Positions 51,072-61,935 are shown, counted from the first letter of the stretch. The stretch: DNA of 64,000 nt from an uncultured Chthonomonadaceae bacterium (GCA_963817895.1 CAWFQB010000004.1:416001-480000), one strand, 5' to 3'. Program-made: numbers and translations. Notes: generated from the sequence alone by a model not told the origin.

Positions 51072-53600
51072 TTAATCCTCATCTTTGTCGCTTGTTTTGC
51101 GGGTCACGCCCACGACGCTGCGCACGGGCGCGGGGTAGGGAACCTTTTCGCCCTTCACGCTGGCCCACAGGACGCGGTTCAGTTTGTTCTCATCCGCGCG
51201 GTCATAATCGGAGAAGTCCAGTTTGCGGGATGTGGCCGCGCCAACCGCGTTGTTGCCGTTTTTCGCGGCAAGGTCAATGCGCGGCGGAATGAGCGTGTAC
51301 CCGGACATATCGGCGTTGCGGGTGAAACTGGCGAACATGGGCGGCGCGGACGCATCGTACTGCGTCATCGGGTTCAGTCCGAGTATCAGTTCCATCGTGC
51401 GCAGCATGGACGCTTGCGAGTACATGGAACTGTCCACGTAGTTGCGCTTGGTATACGGGCTGACGACGAGCGCGACGGTGCGGTGCGAATCAACGTGATC
51501 CGGGCCGTTCTGCGCGTCATCCTCCACGATGAAAATAGCCGTATCCTTCCATGACGCGGAATGGGAAATGCCATCCACGATTTTGCCGATGGCCTGATCG
51601 TTGGAAGCCACTGCCGCTTTGGGCGTGAACGCGCCCGGTGTCGTTCCCCGCGTGTGGTCTTCGCCAAGCGACATCACCATGAAGTTCGGCAGGGCGTTTT
51701 TCTGCTCGAAATCCTTCCACTCCGACAAGAAACATATCGGCCTTGTCGGTATCCCGGAACGGTTTGCCCTTCGGCCAGCCCACGCCCACGAACCTCGCGC
51801 TGCCATGCCCGATAAGGCTGGTGGTTGCGGCTTCGACGGGTTCGGGTTCGGTCGCGCTGGTTGTCGCCTTGAACAACTCGCCATACGAGCGGAACGACAA
51901 ACCCTTCGCTTTGCAGGCGTCCCAAATATAACCGGATTGCGGCTCACTCACGCTCGGCGACTCGCGCAGGCTGCCCTTGCCGGAATAGGAATATACCCAC
52001 GCCCGCTGCATGAACTCCGTGACAATCCCCGCGTCGCACCACTGATGCCCGTCAACCGACACTTCGCCATTGCAGTAGAAATTGTCCAGAAGGACAAACT
52101 GTTCGGCAAGCGCATGGTGATTGGGCGTTACGTCGCGCCCGAACAGGGTTAAATCCGGGTCGCCGTTGCCTTTGGGAATGTCGCCGAATACCTGATCGTA
52201 AGTGCGGTTCTCTTTGATGATGTAAACGATATGCTTGATGGGTGAGGGTTCGCCTACATTGCGTCGGCACGGCAGTTCCTTCGCTCAACTGCGCGGTTTT
52301 GATGATGGCTCCGGGCGTGTTGGCATACACCTGCTGCGAGTATTTTTGCAGTTGCGGGTCATCCGGCACATCCACGAAACTCAAAAAGCCGTTCAGCTGC
52401 GCCCCGATGTACTGGAACTTATAATCGGCGGGCGCGACCGGCGCGGCGGGCTTCACTTTGCCGGGGTTGGGATGCGAACCAACGCCTTTGCCGCTGCCGA
52501 CAATCAGTTTCTTCCCGTCCGGGCTGATGTGAATCGAAGTGGGATACCAGCCGGTCGGAATAAAGCCTTTTACTTTGCTTTCGCCGGGTTTGGAAACATC
52601 AATCACGCATACGTCGTTGTTGTCGGCATTGGCGACGTACAGGGTTTTGTCGTCCGGGGAAAGCGCAACCGCAACGGGCGTGCTGCCGGTCGGGTCTTTG
52701 GGCAGAAGCGTAGTGCGGATTTTCTCCGACAGTTTGCCGTCCGCAAGGGTATAAGCGTAAACGGCATCCGCGTTGCCGCACGATACGAAGATGCGCCCAT
52801 CTCTGGAAAACGCGAATTCGTTGGGATGTTCGCCCGTTTCCACTTTGCCCGCGACTTTCGGGTTCATCGGATCGTGAACGTCCACCGCCGCGCCGGATTT
52901 GCCGCCCAAGCAGGTGACGGACAAGATGGTTCCGTTTGCCACCAACTGACATGCGTAGGGATGATCGCCGACTTCCACGCTGGATTTGGCGTCGCCCGTA
53001 TTGGCGTCCAGAATGTAGAGTTTGTTGTCCGAGTTGTTTAGCGCGTACAGGATTTTGCCGTCCGGGGAAAGCGCGATTCCCGCCACGCAGGTTGTTTTCG
53101 CGCCGTTGCCCGTGAGTTTGAGGATTTTGCCCTCCGCCCATTTGCCGCCCGTATTCTCAATCGTGTAAATGTCGTTGCCTGCTGTGGAAACGCCGCCGCC
53201 GACATAGATTTTCGTGCCGTCCGGCGACCATGCAAGGCCATTCCACGTATGCGGAATGGCGAATTTTGGCAACCTCTTTTTCACCGGCAATGTCCACAAT
53301 ATGCAGCGCGTGTTTGGCGTAGCCAGCGTTGCAAATGGCAAGCAATTTCCCATCAGGGCTGATGGCCCCGCCGAGCAGCATATCTCCTGTGGGGATTGCC
53401 GGACGACCTGCCGGCGTAATTTTCCAGCCGTTGAAAAGCAGCGTGGCGTCGTTGTCTTTGCCGGGAACCGTGAGCGGCTGCCCGGTATGGGGGTGGGTAG
53501 TGTGGGCCTCCAGCAGCCGGGGCAATCGCGCCGCCGCGCCCAATCCAATCGCAACAATGCCTGCGCCGACAAGCGCGGCAGTGGAAGCGCGTACTCGCAT
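51072..53600 (-). CDS. YVTN/YncE beta-propeller + alkaline-phosphatase-like phosphoesterase; three frameshifts (~53262, ~52258, ~51730)
   Basis: Signal peptide; SPDGK propeller repeats, IPTGWYP; ENRTYDQVFGD, DNFY..GEVSVDGHQW; EDDAQNGPDHVDSHR, MLRTMELILGL across successive frames. Confidence 0.85.
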
Positions 53601-53792
53601 AATAACAACTCCTTTGCTCAGACAGCAGAACAATTCTAACGATCAACTCTATTCAAGCATAGCCGCGAATGAACGCGAATAAACGCGAATGGCTTCGACG
53701 TTTTGATGCGCAGAGCGTTCTGCTGCGTATGGCAGATCGCTTTGAAGGTAATGCGCGATTGTAGCATATCCGCGTTAAGGTAATGTTAAACT

Positions 53793-54020
53793 TTAGCTGC
53801 CAAGCGGAATCCCGCAATGGGGGCAGATGGAGTACGCCTGCGACATGGAGGAATCGCAGTGGCGGCAATAGGCGTGGTTGCGGGGCGCGGCGGTGGGCGC
53901 GTCCTCTTCCGGTTCCAGCGGACGCGATTTTTCCCGTTCCTCCACAACGCGCAGTTGATTCAGGTCATAGCGGTTCCGGTTTCGCCACTTGCGCCACGCT
54001 TCCAAAAGCGGAAAGGCCAT
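53793..54020 (-). CDS. Small zinc-ribbon protein
   Basis: CRHC...CPHC at the C-terminus; directly follows the GNAT gene. Confidence 0.6.
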   Translation of the reverse strand: MAFPLLEAWRKWRNRNRYDLNQLRVVEEREKSRPLEPEEDAPTAAPRNHAYCRHCDSSMSQAYSICPHCGIPLGS

Positions 54021-54021
54021 T

Positions 54022-54615
54022 TTAATCTCCTCTGACAGCTTCCCTGAAACCCTGATGCGGAAACCGAGCGTAGATCAACGTATCGCGCAGCGCGCCATCC
54101 GGCGCGACCCTCTCGTTGACGAGCGTGGCTTCCAGAGCATAGCCCGCGCGCTCCGCTACCCTGCGGCTTCGCAGATTGCGCGCGTCGCAGCGTATCTCGA
54201 TGCGACGCGCGCCGAACACCTCAAAACCGATGCGCGTCAGCGCTTGTACCGTTTCCGTGACATACCCCTGTCCCTGACAGGTGGCGCGACACCAGTAACC
54301 GATCTCGAATGAGGGAACCTGCCAGTGTAATGGGTGCAATCCCGCGCATAGCGCCAACGCGCCGGTTGTTTTCAGATACGCCCGGACGTTGAAATCTTCG
54401 CCCGCGAGGAACTGCACCCGCGCGCCCGCCTGTCGCTGTTCGGTCTCCTCCACTTCCGGCATATAGCTGGCCCACTCCATCCAGGTATGCAGGTCGGCGT
54501 ATGTTTCGCGGATGGCGGCATTTATTTCGCTTCCATCGCCTTCGCGCGGCGCGCGGATCAGCAGTCGCGCCGTCTCGATCTGCTCAGGGAATACAGGCCG
54601 TTCCCGGGCTGCCAT
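54022..54615 (-). CDS. RimJ/RimL-type GNAT N-acetyltransferase
   Basis: IETARLLIR, FEIGYW....QGQGY.TE, N.RSRRVAERAGY..E. Confidence 0.9.
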   Translation of the reverse strand: MAARERPVFPEQIETARLLIRAPREGDGSEINAAIRETYADLHTWMEWASYMPEVEETEQRQAGARVQFLAGEDFNVRAYLKTTGALALCAGLHPLHWQVPSFEIGYWCRATCQGQGYVTETVQALTRIGFEVFGARRIEIRCDARNLRSRRVAERAGYALEATLVNERVAPDGALRDTLIYARFPHQGFREAVRGD

Positions 54616-55376
54616 CAGCGTCTATCCTCTTGCTCAGGAAGCGGCGGTAACAGGTTTGCGACATTAATTGAGGTTTGCGGCAATGCCAACGGCGCAACGC
54701 TGTCAGTTTCGGTGTAAACGGTCAATGTCTGGTAGGCGAACACTGAAGGCTGGTTGGGCAGGGGCGCGGGGTCGCGGCGCACTTGCAAGGTTCGGTTGTT
54801 GACATTGAGCAGCCAGTAATCGGCAAGCCCCGCTTCGGCGTACAACGCGGCTTTTTGGTTCTGGTCGTAGCGCAACGTCGTGTCCGAGATTTCAATCAGC
54901 AGTACCACGTCCGCCTGCGTTGGATGCTGTATATAATCTTCCCACGAGCCGGGTACAACCAGAATATCGGGTTCCGGTTCGCCATCCGTTGACAGCAGAA
55001 GCGGCAACTGCTGGCGCACATCAAATCCCGGCCCGAATACTCGCGTTGTGGTTTGTGATGAAGCGCGTAACGCAAGCGTATGCGGCGGATTTTGCGGCAT
55101 TTTGATGTACACTTTTCCTTTAATGAGTTCCACGCGCTGACCATCAAACCAGCCCAACTCCGCAGCCTGCTCGTACTCCCTGCGCGTCCAACGCCATTCC
55201 TCCCCGAGATATTTGTAATAGACAGTGCCGCCGAGAAGTTCGACCTTTTCATCACCATTGAACCAGCCAAGTTCTCCTGCCTGATAGTACAAGCGGCGCG
55301 TCATCTGCCATTTGTGTACGCCTTCCTCTTTTACAAACTCATTCAGTTCTTCATTTTCGATTTCGAGAACGCTCAT
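54615..55376 (-). CDS. Uma2-family endonuclease-like protein with duplicated N-terminal module
   Basis: EPEPDILV, LLIEISDTTLRYD...KAALYA.AG..DYW; two copies of TRR.Y.QA.ELGWF.G..VEL..G. Confidence 0.88.
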   Translation of the reverse strand: MSVLEIENEELNEFVKEEGVHKWQMTRRLYYQAGELGWFNGDEKVELLGGTVYYKYLGEEWRWTRREYEQAAELGWFDGQRVELIKGKVYIKMPQNPPHTLALRASSQTTTRVFGPGFDVRQQLPLLLSTDGEPEPDILVVPGSWEDYIQHPTQADVVLLIEISDTTLRYDQNQKAALYAEAGLADYWLLNVNNRTLQVRRDPAPLPNQPSVFAYQTLTVYTETDSVAPLALPQTSINVANLLPPLPEQEDRR

Positions 55377-55386
55377 GATATTGTCC

Positions 55387-55917
55387 TCATGGATTAGCGC
55401 AAAATCGCTTCCAGTAGTTTTCCCACGCCTGATACGCCACTCTTGCGTCCGCAAACCCTTCCTGTTCTGTCGCCATAAACGTCAGGAACGCGCAAATTGC
55501 AGCAGATTGTTCCAGTGTGAACAGACGGAATTTCTCCATGCAATGCTCCCGCAGGCGCGGAGTAAAGTTCAGGGCATAGATGGTGTTATCAACAGACGTT
55601 GAACCGGAATGTTCGTAGTTTTGCAGCGTCCACACCATATAAGCAGGCAGGTAGTACCGAAAGCCTATTGGGTCCAGGAACGACAATATCGAGTAATAAT
55701 TTTCGATGTCTGAGGCGGGAACATCTTCCCATCGTCGTTCCGTGTCCAGTTTACGGGCGCGAACACGTTGTTTGTCGGAGGCGCAGCAATCTATCAGCCA
55801 CGCCTCATGCAGTGTGACGCCGCCTTCCCGCTTGACGCCTTTGAAAGCGGCGTGTATTTGCGCAATCAGCGTTGATTTGTGCTGCTCAAGATTCATATGG
55901 ATTTCATCCATTATCAA
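55387..55917 (-). CDS. Conserved hypothetical protein (DUF6714-like)
   Basis: I.AAF.GV....G..L.EA, LSFLD..GFRYYLPAYM. Confidence 0.65.
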   Translation of the reverse strand: MIMDEIHMNLEQHKSTLIAQIHAAFKGVKREGGVTLHEAWLIDCCASDKQRVRARKLDTERRWEDVPASDIENYYSILSFLDPIGFRYYLPAYMVWTLQNYEHSGSTSVDNTIYALNFTPRLREHCMEKFRLFTLEQSAAICAFLTFMATEQEGFADARVAYQAWENYWKRFCANP

Positions 55918-55929
55918 TCTGAAAGCCCC

Positions 55930-56961
55930 TCAACCAGCCACCGGCACATCTACCACGCGATTCTCTTCCCAACTGGTTTTGGCGGCTTCGATGATCTCCT
56001 GCACCGCAAGGCCGTCCTCGCCGCTTGCTTCGATCTCTTCACGCGGAACTTTGGCGTCAATCTGCTCCAGCCAGCGGGCGATGCGCTTGTCGAACGTTTG
56101 GCCGAAACTGGTCATTCCGCCCATGATGCTGTTGCGCGTGACGGTCAATTCCTGACTGCGGCGCGGAAACAGCGTCAGTTCCTCGTACAAATTGTCCAGC
56201 ACAAAGCGGCCTTCGCTTCCCATCAGTTCGCAACGCTCCAGGTTGTGCGCGGGGTTGGCGTCGTAACTGCCCGTCAAATGCCCGACTACGCCGTTCTGAA
56301 ACAGAATGTTGACCTGCGCGTTCGACCAGCACACGCGCTTGCCGTCCGGCCCATCTTCGCGGGGGGCGCGGTTGAAGAACGCCTGCACCTTTTGGGCGTT
56401 GCCGCAAAAATAGCGCATGATGTCCAGACTGTGCGGATGCAGGGCGCGAATGTGGAACCAGGGCGAAGTTTCGTTCGGGTTGCCGATCCACATGGTCATG
56501 TTCATCAGCAGGGGCGTTCCCAATTTGCCTTCGGTCAGCCATTCTTTGGCTTTGGCGGTCGGCGGCGTGAAGCGGTGGTTGAGATTGATGCCGTAGTACA
56601 CGCCTTTCGCTTTGGCCGTCGCCACCATTTCCCGCGCGTGTTCGATATTGTTGCTGATGGGTTTTTCGCCCAGTACGTGCAATCCCGCGTTTAGGCACTC
56701 CATTGTGGGCGGATAGTGGTCGCCTCCATTATCCGCGCCCGCCGAGCAGACCGAAACCGCGTCCAGTTCGCTCCCCACGTCGGAAAGCATCTCCTGAACG
56801 CTGTACCACTTTTTCACGCCGTCGCGCGCCGCCGACTTATCCGCCCGCTCCTGATTGATGTCGCAGTAGCCGAGCAGTTCGGAAAGCGGATGCTTCAAAT
56901 AAATAGGCCCGTGCGTGTTGCCGATGCCGCCACAGCCGATTACGGCCACTTTCAACGCCAT
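55930..56961 (-). CDS. Gfo/Idh/MocA oxidoreductase
   Basis: VAVIGCGGIG, HVLGEKP, NHRF, HSLD. Confidence 0.92.
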   Translation of the reverse strand: MALKVAVIGCGGIGNTHGPIYLKHPLSELLGYCDINQERADKSAARDGVKKWYSVQEMLSDVGSELDAVSVCSAGADNGGDHYPPTMECLNAGLHVLGEKPISNNIEHAREMVATAKAKGVYYGINLNHRFTPPTAKAKEWLTEGKLGTPLLMNMTMWIGNPNETSPWFHIRALHPHSLDIMRYFCGNAQKVQAFFNRAPREDGPDGKRVCWSNAQVNILFQNGVVGHLTGSYDANPAHNLERCELMGSEGRFVLDNLYEELTLFPRRSQELTVTRNSIMGGMTSFGQTFDKRIARWLEQIDAKVPREEIEASGEDGLAVQEIIEAAKTSWEENRVVDVPVAG

Positions 56962-57079
56962 TGTAGTTTGTCTCCTTGGAAGTATGTTGATTACAACAAA
57001 GGTAGGTTCGTTATGGAACAGGCGCGTACCTGCCTGATTTTGAACTCCGCCCTGCTAAATCAAGAGGCGTATAGAGAAA

Positions 57080-57898
57080 TCAATAGCTTCGTCCGGCATG
57101 ATGAAGCAGAACGGGGGATACCGCTTTGAGGCCATCCTCGTCCGCGAGATCGGATAGTATCTGCCACATTGCCTGCCATAATTCACATTCGCGTTCTAAG
57201 ATGGCGCGTTCCCGGGGTTCCAGATCGCCGATTTCTTTGCGCCGCGCAAGCTCATGGCGGGCATGATACCAATGCGATTGCGTCAGCCAGAAATCCGGTT
57301 CCTCGACAAACCCGAAACGCGCATGCCAGGCCGTACTCGCCTCATTTGCCGGATGGTAGCTGCTGCTTATATGGGAATAGCCCTGAGTGTACAGCGCGTT
57401 CATCGCGTCGGATACAAGCGCGGATGCCAGTCCCTGACGCTGCCAGGCCGGACGAACGTACAGCAGGTCCAGAAATGGCCCAAGAGGATCGCGCACAACC
57501 AGCGCCGCGCCTGCAATCTGTGACGGCTCCTGATCCGTCGCAGCTGTCACCGCCACGCGCGACACCTCCAGACGTTCTCCTCGCCGCCCCCGATACCAGC
57601 CTCCCACGCATCTTTCCGCCGAGCCGAGAAACTTCTCTTCCGACCAATCGCAATACTCCACGCTGTCATGAAAACATTCCAGAAACGCTTCGCATAACTC
57701 CGGTTCGTCTTCGGGCAGCGCGGGGCGCAATGTCAGACCGCCGCGAACCTCGCGCAAAGTCACAGGCACACGCGCGTAAACCGCCCATTCGCGGGGCTGA
57801 ATATGCGCTTCCCCGTCCCAATATTCATACTTCCAGCCAAATTTACGTGGTATCCGATGATACTCTTCAATGGACATAGGAATAATTCGCGTTTGCAT
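57080..57898 (-). CDS. GNAT N-acetyltransferase
   Basis: LYVRPAWQRQGLASAL, NEAS..WH.RFGF. Confidence 0.8.
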   Translation of the reverse strand: MQTRIIPMSIEEYHRIPRKFGWKYEYWDGEAHIQPREWAVYARVPVTLREVRGGLTLRPALPEDEPELCEAFLECFHDSVEYCDWSEEKFLGSAERCVGGWYRGRRGERLEVSRVAVTAATDQEPSQIAGAALVVRDPLGPFLDLLYVRPAWQRQGLASALVSDAMNALYTQGYSHISSSYHPANEASTAWHARFGFVEEPDFWLTQSHWYHARHELARRKEIGDLEPRERAILERECELWQAMWQILSDLADEDGLKAVSPVLLHHAGRSY

Positions 57899-58032
57899 CG
57901 TTTTATAGGATTTCAAGGACGGTTTCCTTTTCGCAACGGCAGGGAAACAGGCTTGCCGAGTCGAACGTAAGCATAAGAAGATTTTACCCTCTTGAAAACC
58001 GATACTAAATAGAACGGGAGAATAGAGTTTCA

Positions 58033-59046
58033 ATGCTGCGCGCGTGTGTTATCGGGCTAGGGCCTATCGGCAATCTTCATGCCGACATTTATCAATCTAT
58101 TCAGCGTACCGAACAATTGGCGGAACTGGCGGGCGTATGCGACACGAACCCGGAACGCGCCCGCAAAGCCGGAGAACGCCTGAAGGTTCCCTTTTATACG
58201 AATACGGCGGAGATGCTGAAAGCGGAAACGCCGGACGTTTGCAGCGTGGCGACGGGCGGTTATGAGTATTCCAGCGACCACCACGCGCCAACCCTTCAGG
58301 CATTGCGGGCGGGCTGCCATGTGCTGTGCGAAAAACCCATCAGCAACGAAATCGCCCACGCCGAAGAGATGGTTCAGGTAGCCCGCGAACTGGGCCGTTG
58401 TTTCGGCATTGACTTCAACCACCGCTTTACGCCTGCCGCCCGCCTTGCGAAACAGTGGCTTGATGAGGGCAGATTGGGCGACCTGCTGTTTGTCAATGTG
58501 GCGCTGTGGATCGGCAGGCCCGAACCGTTCGAGTCGCCATACTACCATCTCAAAGCCCTCAATCCGCACTCCATTGATCTGATACGACGCTTTTGCGGAG
58601 ATATTGAAAAGGTACAGTGTTTTGCGATGCAGGCTCCGGGCCGTAATATCTGGTCTACCGCGTCCTTCAACTTCCAACTGGCGAACGGCATGGTGGGGCA
58701 TTTAACGAGCAGTTACGACATTGCGCGCGGGCATCCCATGGAACGGTGCGAAGTGGCAGGAACAGGTGGTCGGTTCGTGATTGACGATATGTGGCGCGAA
58801 GCCACGCTGTACCCGGCAGGCGATTCCACCAAATCCGTTTACACGAACCCGGTATTCGGCGGCTATCGGGATTTCAACGATACCTTTCGCGCCCGCATCC
58901 TCGGCTTTGTCCAACAGGTGGCGGACGGAACCGCTCCCGAATCTATTGACGGTTCGGGCGCGGACGGACTGGCCGCGCAAAAAGTGATACAGGCCGCCAT
59001 CGAATCGCTGAATACGGGACAAATCGTTGCCGTCAGCAGCCTCTAA
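58033..59046 (+). CDS. Gfo/Idh/MocA oxidoreductase (paralog of 55930..56961)
   Basis: CVIGLGPIG, HVLCEKPISN, NHRFTP, GHLTSSYD. Confidence 0.92.
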   Translation: MLRACVIGLGPIGNLHADIYQSIQRTEQLAELAGVCDTNPERARKAGERLKVPFYTNTAEMLKAETPDVCSVATGGYEYSSDHHAPTLQALRAGCHVLCEKPISNEIAHAEEMVQVARELGRCFGIDFNHRFTPAARLAKQWLDEGRLGDLLFVNVALWIGRPEPFESPYYHLKALNPHSIDLIRRFCGDIEKVQCFAMQAPGRNIWSTASFNFQLANGMVGHLTSSYDIARGHPMERCEVAGTGGRFVIDDMWREATLYPAGDSTKSVYTNPVFGGYRDFNDTFRARILGFVQQVADGTAPESIDGSGADGLAAQKVIQAAIESLNTGQIVAVSSL

Positions 59047-59269
59047 AATGGAGAGTGGAGAGTGAAGAGTGGAGAGATAGGTGACTGCGAACTTTCCGAA
59101 TACCAATTGGCTCTAATTTCCCTGAACGCTTCCCGCGAAATTCCCCTGAATTGTACGGTAAATGCCGCCGATAATGAGACAGGATACTCCAGCCAGCAGA
59201 ATTTTACTCCCCTTTCCCGGCTATCCCTGTTGTCATCATCCTGTCCCATTCTCGCGGAGGCCGTTTGCA

Positions 59270-60946
59270 ATGCAGATCAAAGAATATGAGGCGTATACGC
59301 TGAAAGAGTGCCTCCAACAGGTGCGCGACGACCTCGGCCCCGAAGCGGTGATTCTGGAAACGCGCAAAATCCGCAAGGGCGGCGTGTTGGGAATGGGCTC
59401 GCGGGATGCGGTCTGCATTGTGGCGGCCATCGGCATCAGCGTGAAAGAGGATCTGGCGTCACGGCGCAGTGCCGCTCCTGCCGCAGCCACGCGCGGACAA
59501 GCAAGCGCCCCGACGCGGGCTGCCAAAGCGGAAAACGACATGGTTGCGCGCGCCAAATCTGTGATTGCGGCGGACAGAAGTAGCGGCAGCGCGAGGCAGG
59601 AACCGGATGTGGAACCGCGCGGCAGCCGCCCCGCCCCGCGCAACACTTCCCCCGCCTTGAATTCACCCGATTTCCCCGCCACCGAAGTGCCCGCCCGAAC
59701 TGCGCCCACCACAGGGCAAAATTCCGCCGTCGCCGCCGCCCGCAACGCTTATGCCCGTTCCAATGGCGGTTCGGCTGCGAAAAACGTTCCGGCTTCCAAT
59801 GCCCCCACGTCCCGCGCCGCCGCGTCCCAGCCCGTTTCGCAAACGGCGCAGGAACGCCGGCCCGCCCCGGCCTACGAGTTACGCATGGACGAAGTTGAGG
59901 AAGAGGAAGAAAAGGAGACGCAATCCTCAATCGGCAACCGGCAATCCACAATCGTCAATCGCCAATCGTCAATCGCCAATCTAGCGGAGGAGGCGCGTTT
60001 TGCTATTCTGGAACAGGCGATGCGCGAAATTCGCGAGGGTCTGTCGGCTTTGCAGCGCGAACAGAAGACGAGCCATGAACGGACGGTTTCCGCTGTTGTT
60101 TCCGCTGTCACGCCTGCCATTAACGCCGCCACCCATACCGCTCAGTTGACTTCGCTGGCGGACGCGAACACGCCGCGCTTTCCCGAAATCCATGCCCGTT
60201 TGGTAGAAACCGGCGTATCTTCCGCCCTTGCGCACGAACTGCTGGACGAACTGCCGGATTTCAGCGCGTGGAGCGAGGAGGCGCAGGAACCTCTGGCTAT
60301 TTCCGGCTTGCGGGACCTGATTGCGCGCCGCGTGTGCAGCGCAGGCCCTATTGACCTGACGCCGGGGCAACTGAAAGCGGTTGCCTTAATCGGGCCGACG
60401 GGCGTAGGTAAAACTACCACGATTGCCAAACTCGCCGCGCATTTCGCGCTTGTGGAAAAGAAAAAAGTGGCACTGCTGACGATGGACACGTATCGTATCG
60501 CCGCGGTCGAGCAGTTAAAGATTTACAGCCAGATTTTGGACATTCCGGTTGGCGTAGCGTACAGTCAGGCGGAACTCGCGCCGGTCATCGCGCAGTTTGT
60601 GGATTTCGATCTGCTGCTCATTGATACCGCCGGACGCAGCCAGAAGAACATCATGCAGGTCGGGGAGTTGAAATCGCTGCTGGAAGCGGTCGGCTGCGAA
60701 ACGCATCTGGTTTTATCTTCGCAAACCAAAGAGCAGGATATGCTGGAATCCATACAGCGGTTCGCCGCCGCCCGCGTGGATCGCCTGATTTTCAGCAAGC
60801 TGGACGAGACCGACAGTTACGGCACACTGCTCAACGTGGCGTACCGAACCGGTCTTCCGCTTTCTTATCTGACAACCGGGCAGAAAGTGCCGGAAGATTT
60901 AGAACTGGCCGATGGCGGCAAACTGGCTGGCCTGCTGCTTGCCTGA
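59270..60946 (+). CDS. flhF: Flagellar biosynthesis SRP-family GTPase FlhF
   Basis: N-terminal VRDDLGPEAVILETR; GPTGVGKTTTIAKLAA, DTYRIAAVEQL, DTAGRS, SKLDET, GQKVPEDL. Confidence 0.95.
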   Translation: MQIKEYEAYTLKECLQQVRDDLGPEAVILETRKIRKGGVLGMGSRDAVCIVAAIGISVKEDLASRRSAAPAAATRGQASAPTRAAKAENDMVARAKSVIAADRSSGSARQEPDVEPRGSRPAPRNTSPALNSPDFPATEVPARTAPTTGQNSAVAAARNAYARSNGGSAAKNVPASNAPTSRAAASQPVSQTAQERRPAPAYELRMDEVEEEEEKETQSSIGNRQSTIVNRQSSIANLAEEARFAILEQAMREIREGLSALQREQKTSHERTVSAVVSAVTPAINAATHTAQLTSLADANTPRFPEIHARLVETGVSSALAHELLDELPDFSAWSEEAQEPLAISGLRDLIARRVCSAGPIDLTPGQLKAVALIGPTGVGKTTTIAKLAAHFALVEKKKVALLTMDTYRIAAVEQLKIYSQILDIPVGVAYSQAELAPVIAQFVDFDLLLIDTAGRSQKNIMQVGELKSLLEAVGCETHLVLSSQTKEQDMLESIQRFAAARVDRLIFSKLDETDSYGTLLNVAYRTGLPLSYLTTGQKVPEDLELADGGKLAGLLLA

Positions 60947-61173
60947 CCCATTTCCTGAACTTCCGCAAAAGCGGAATACGATGTAGAAGCCAACCGAAAA
61001 CTTCACAAATTTTCAACTCCTGCCCTTCAATGTCTGTCAGACCTCGAAGGGCAGGGGTGTTTTTGCTGTACGACTGCCCGGCTTTTAGTGTTGACGGCAA
61101 TATAAAAATTTCCGTATAATAGCAAGTATGGACGTAGGCGGAACAAGAAGCGCGTCTCAAAGGAAGAAACAAC

Positions 61174-61389
61174 ATGGAACGCTACTTCTGTCTTTTTCCC
61201 ATTGTGGGAGGTATTCTTATCCTGCTATACCCTTCTCAGGCGAGAGAAGTTTATGCGGCTCTCAGCGCGTCCAAATGGCAGCGCGATTTCACGCTGCGTT
61301 GCAGTGACTTTGCCTTTCGCGTGTTGGGCGTAGGGATCATTGCGTTTGGTATCTTCTTTCTGTGTCTGTTACAAACAACCCCTCATTAA
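61174..61389 (+). CDS. Small two-TM membrane protein
   Basis: 71 aa, two hydrophobic segments, AGGAAG RBS. Confidence 0.45.
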   Translation: MERYFCLFPIVGGILILLYPSQAREVYAALSASKWQRDFTLRCSDFAFRVLGVGIIAFGIFFLCLLQTTPH

Positions 61390-61422
61390 GTTATTTCGCG
61401 GCATTTCAGAACGGACAATTTC

Positions 61423-61866
61423 ATGCCATCTCCCACTTACCAAATGTGTCCAAAATGCAGGCAACAAGTCTACACCGTTGAGCCGTTTTGTGGACGCTGT
61501 GGGAACCAGTATCCACCCGTCTCGTCAGGAATGTACGCTTCCGCAACGCCGCCTTCAACTCCCCTGCCCACGTCTCCCCCAATCGCGGCTTCAGAGCCGG
61601 GAAGCGCGCTTCAAGAGAACGCGCCTTTGCGATGGCGCGATTTGTCCGATCAACTGAAATACAGTATCTGGCTGATGTGGGGAGGGAGTGTGGTGAGTTC
61701 CTTATGGGCCGTAGATTTTGGATTGAATGGACACATGGAGCCTTTCCCAAGAGCGGCGATTGGGGCTATCGTGGGCATTTTTGTTGCCTGTAGCCTACAA
61801 AATGAGCCTGCTAAGATCGCAAAGATGCATGGTCGCGCCGCGCTTGGCGCTTTATCACGCCATTAA
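61423..61866 (+). CDS. Zinc-ribbon membrane protein
   Basis: CPKC...CGRC, Pro-rich linker, two hydrophobic segments. Confidence 0.55.
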   Translation: MPSPTYQMCPKCRQQVYTVEPFCGRCGNQYPPVSSGMYASATPPSTPLPTSPPIAASEPGSALQENAPLRWRDLSDQLKYSIWLMWGGSVVSSLWAVDFGLNGHMEPFPRAAIGAIVGIFVACSLQNEPAKIAKMHGRAALGALSRH

Positions 61867-61935
61867 GAGAATATTCAAAGCCCAAAATCCGGGTGGTTGA
61901 TAAAGAACGTACCCGCAGAGGCAGGAGGCGCAGGG

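Noticed and set aside
53664..53690. CGCGAAT(G/A)AA 10-mer tandem, plus single-arm 7-mer tracts at ~28380 and ~59049
   Set aside because: Real but short, with no inverted partner; treated as minor members of the tandem-repeat class rather than separate elements.
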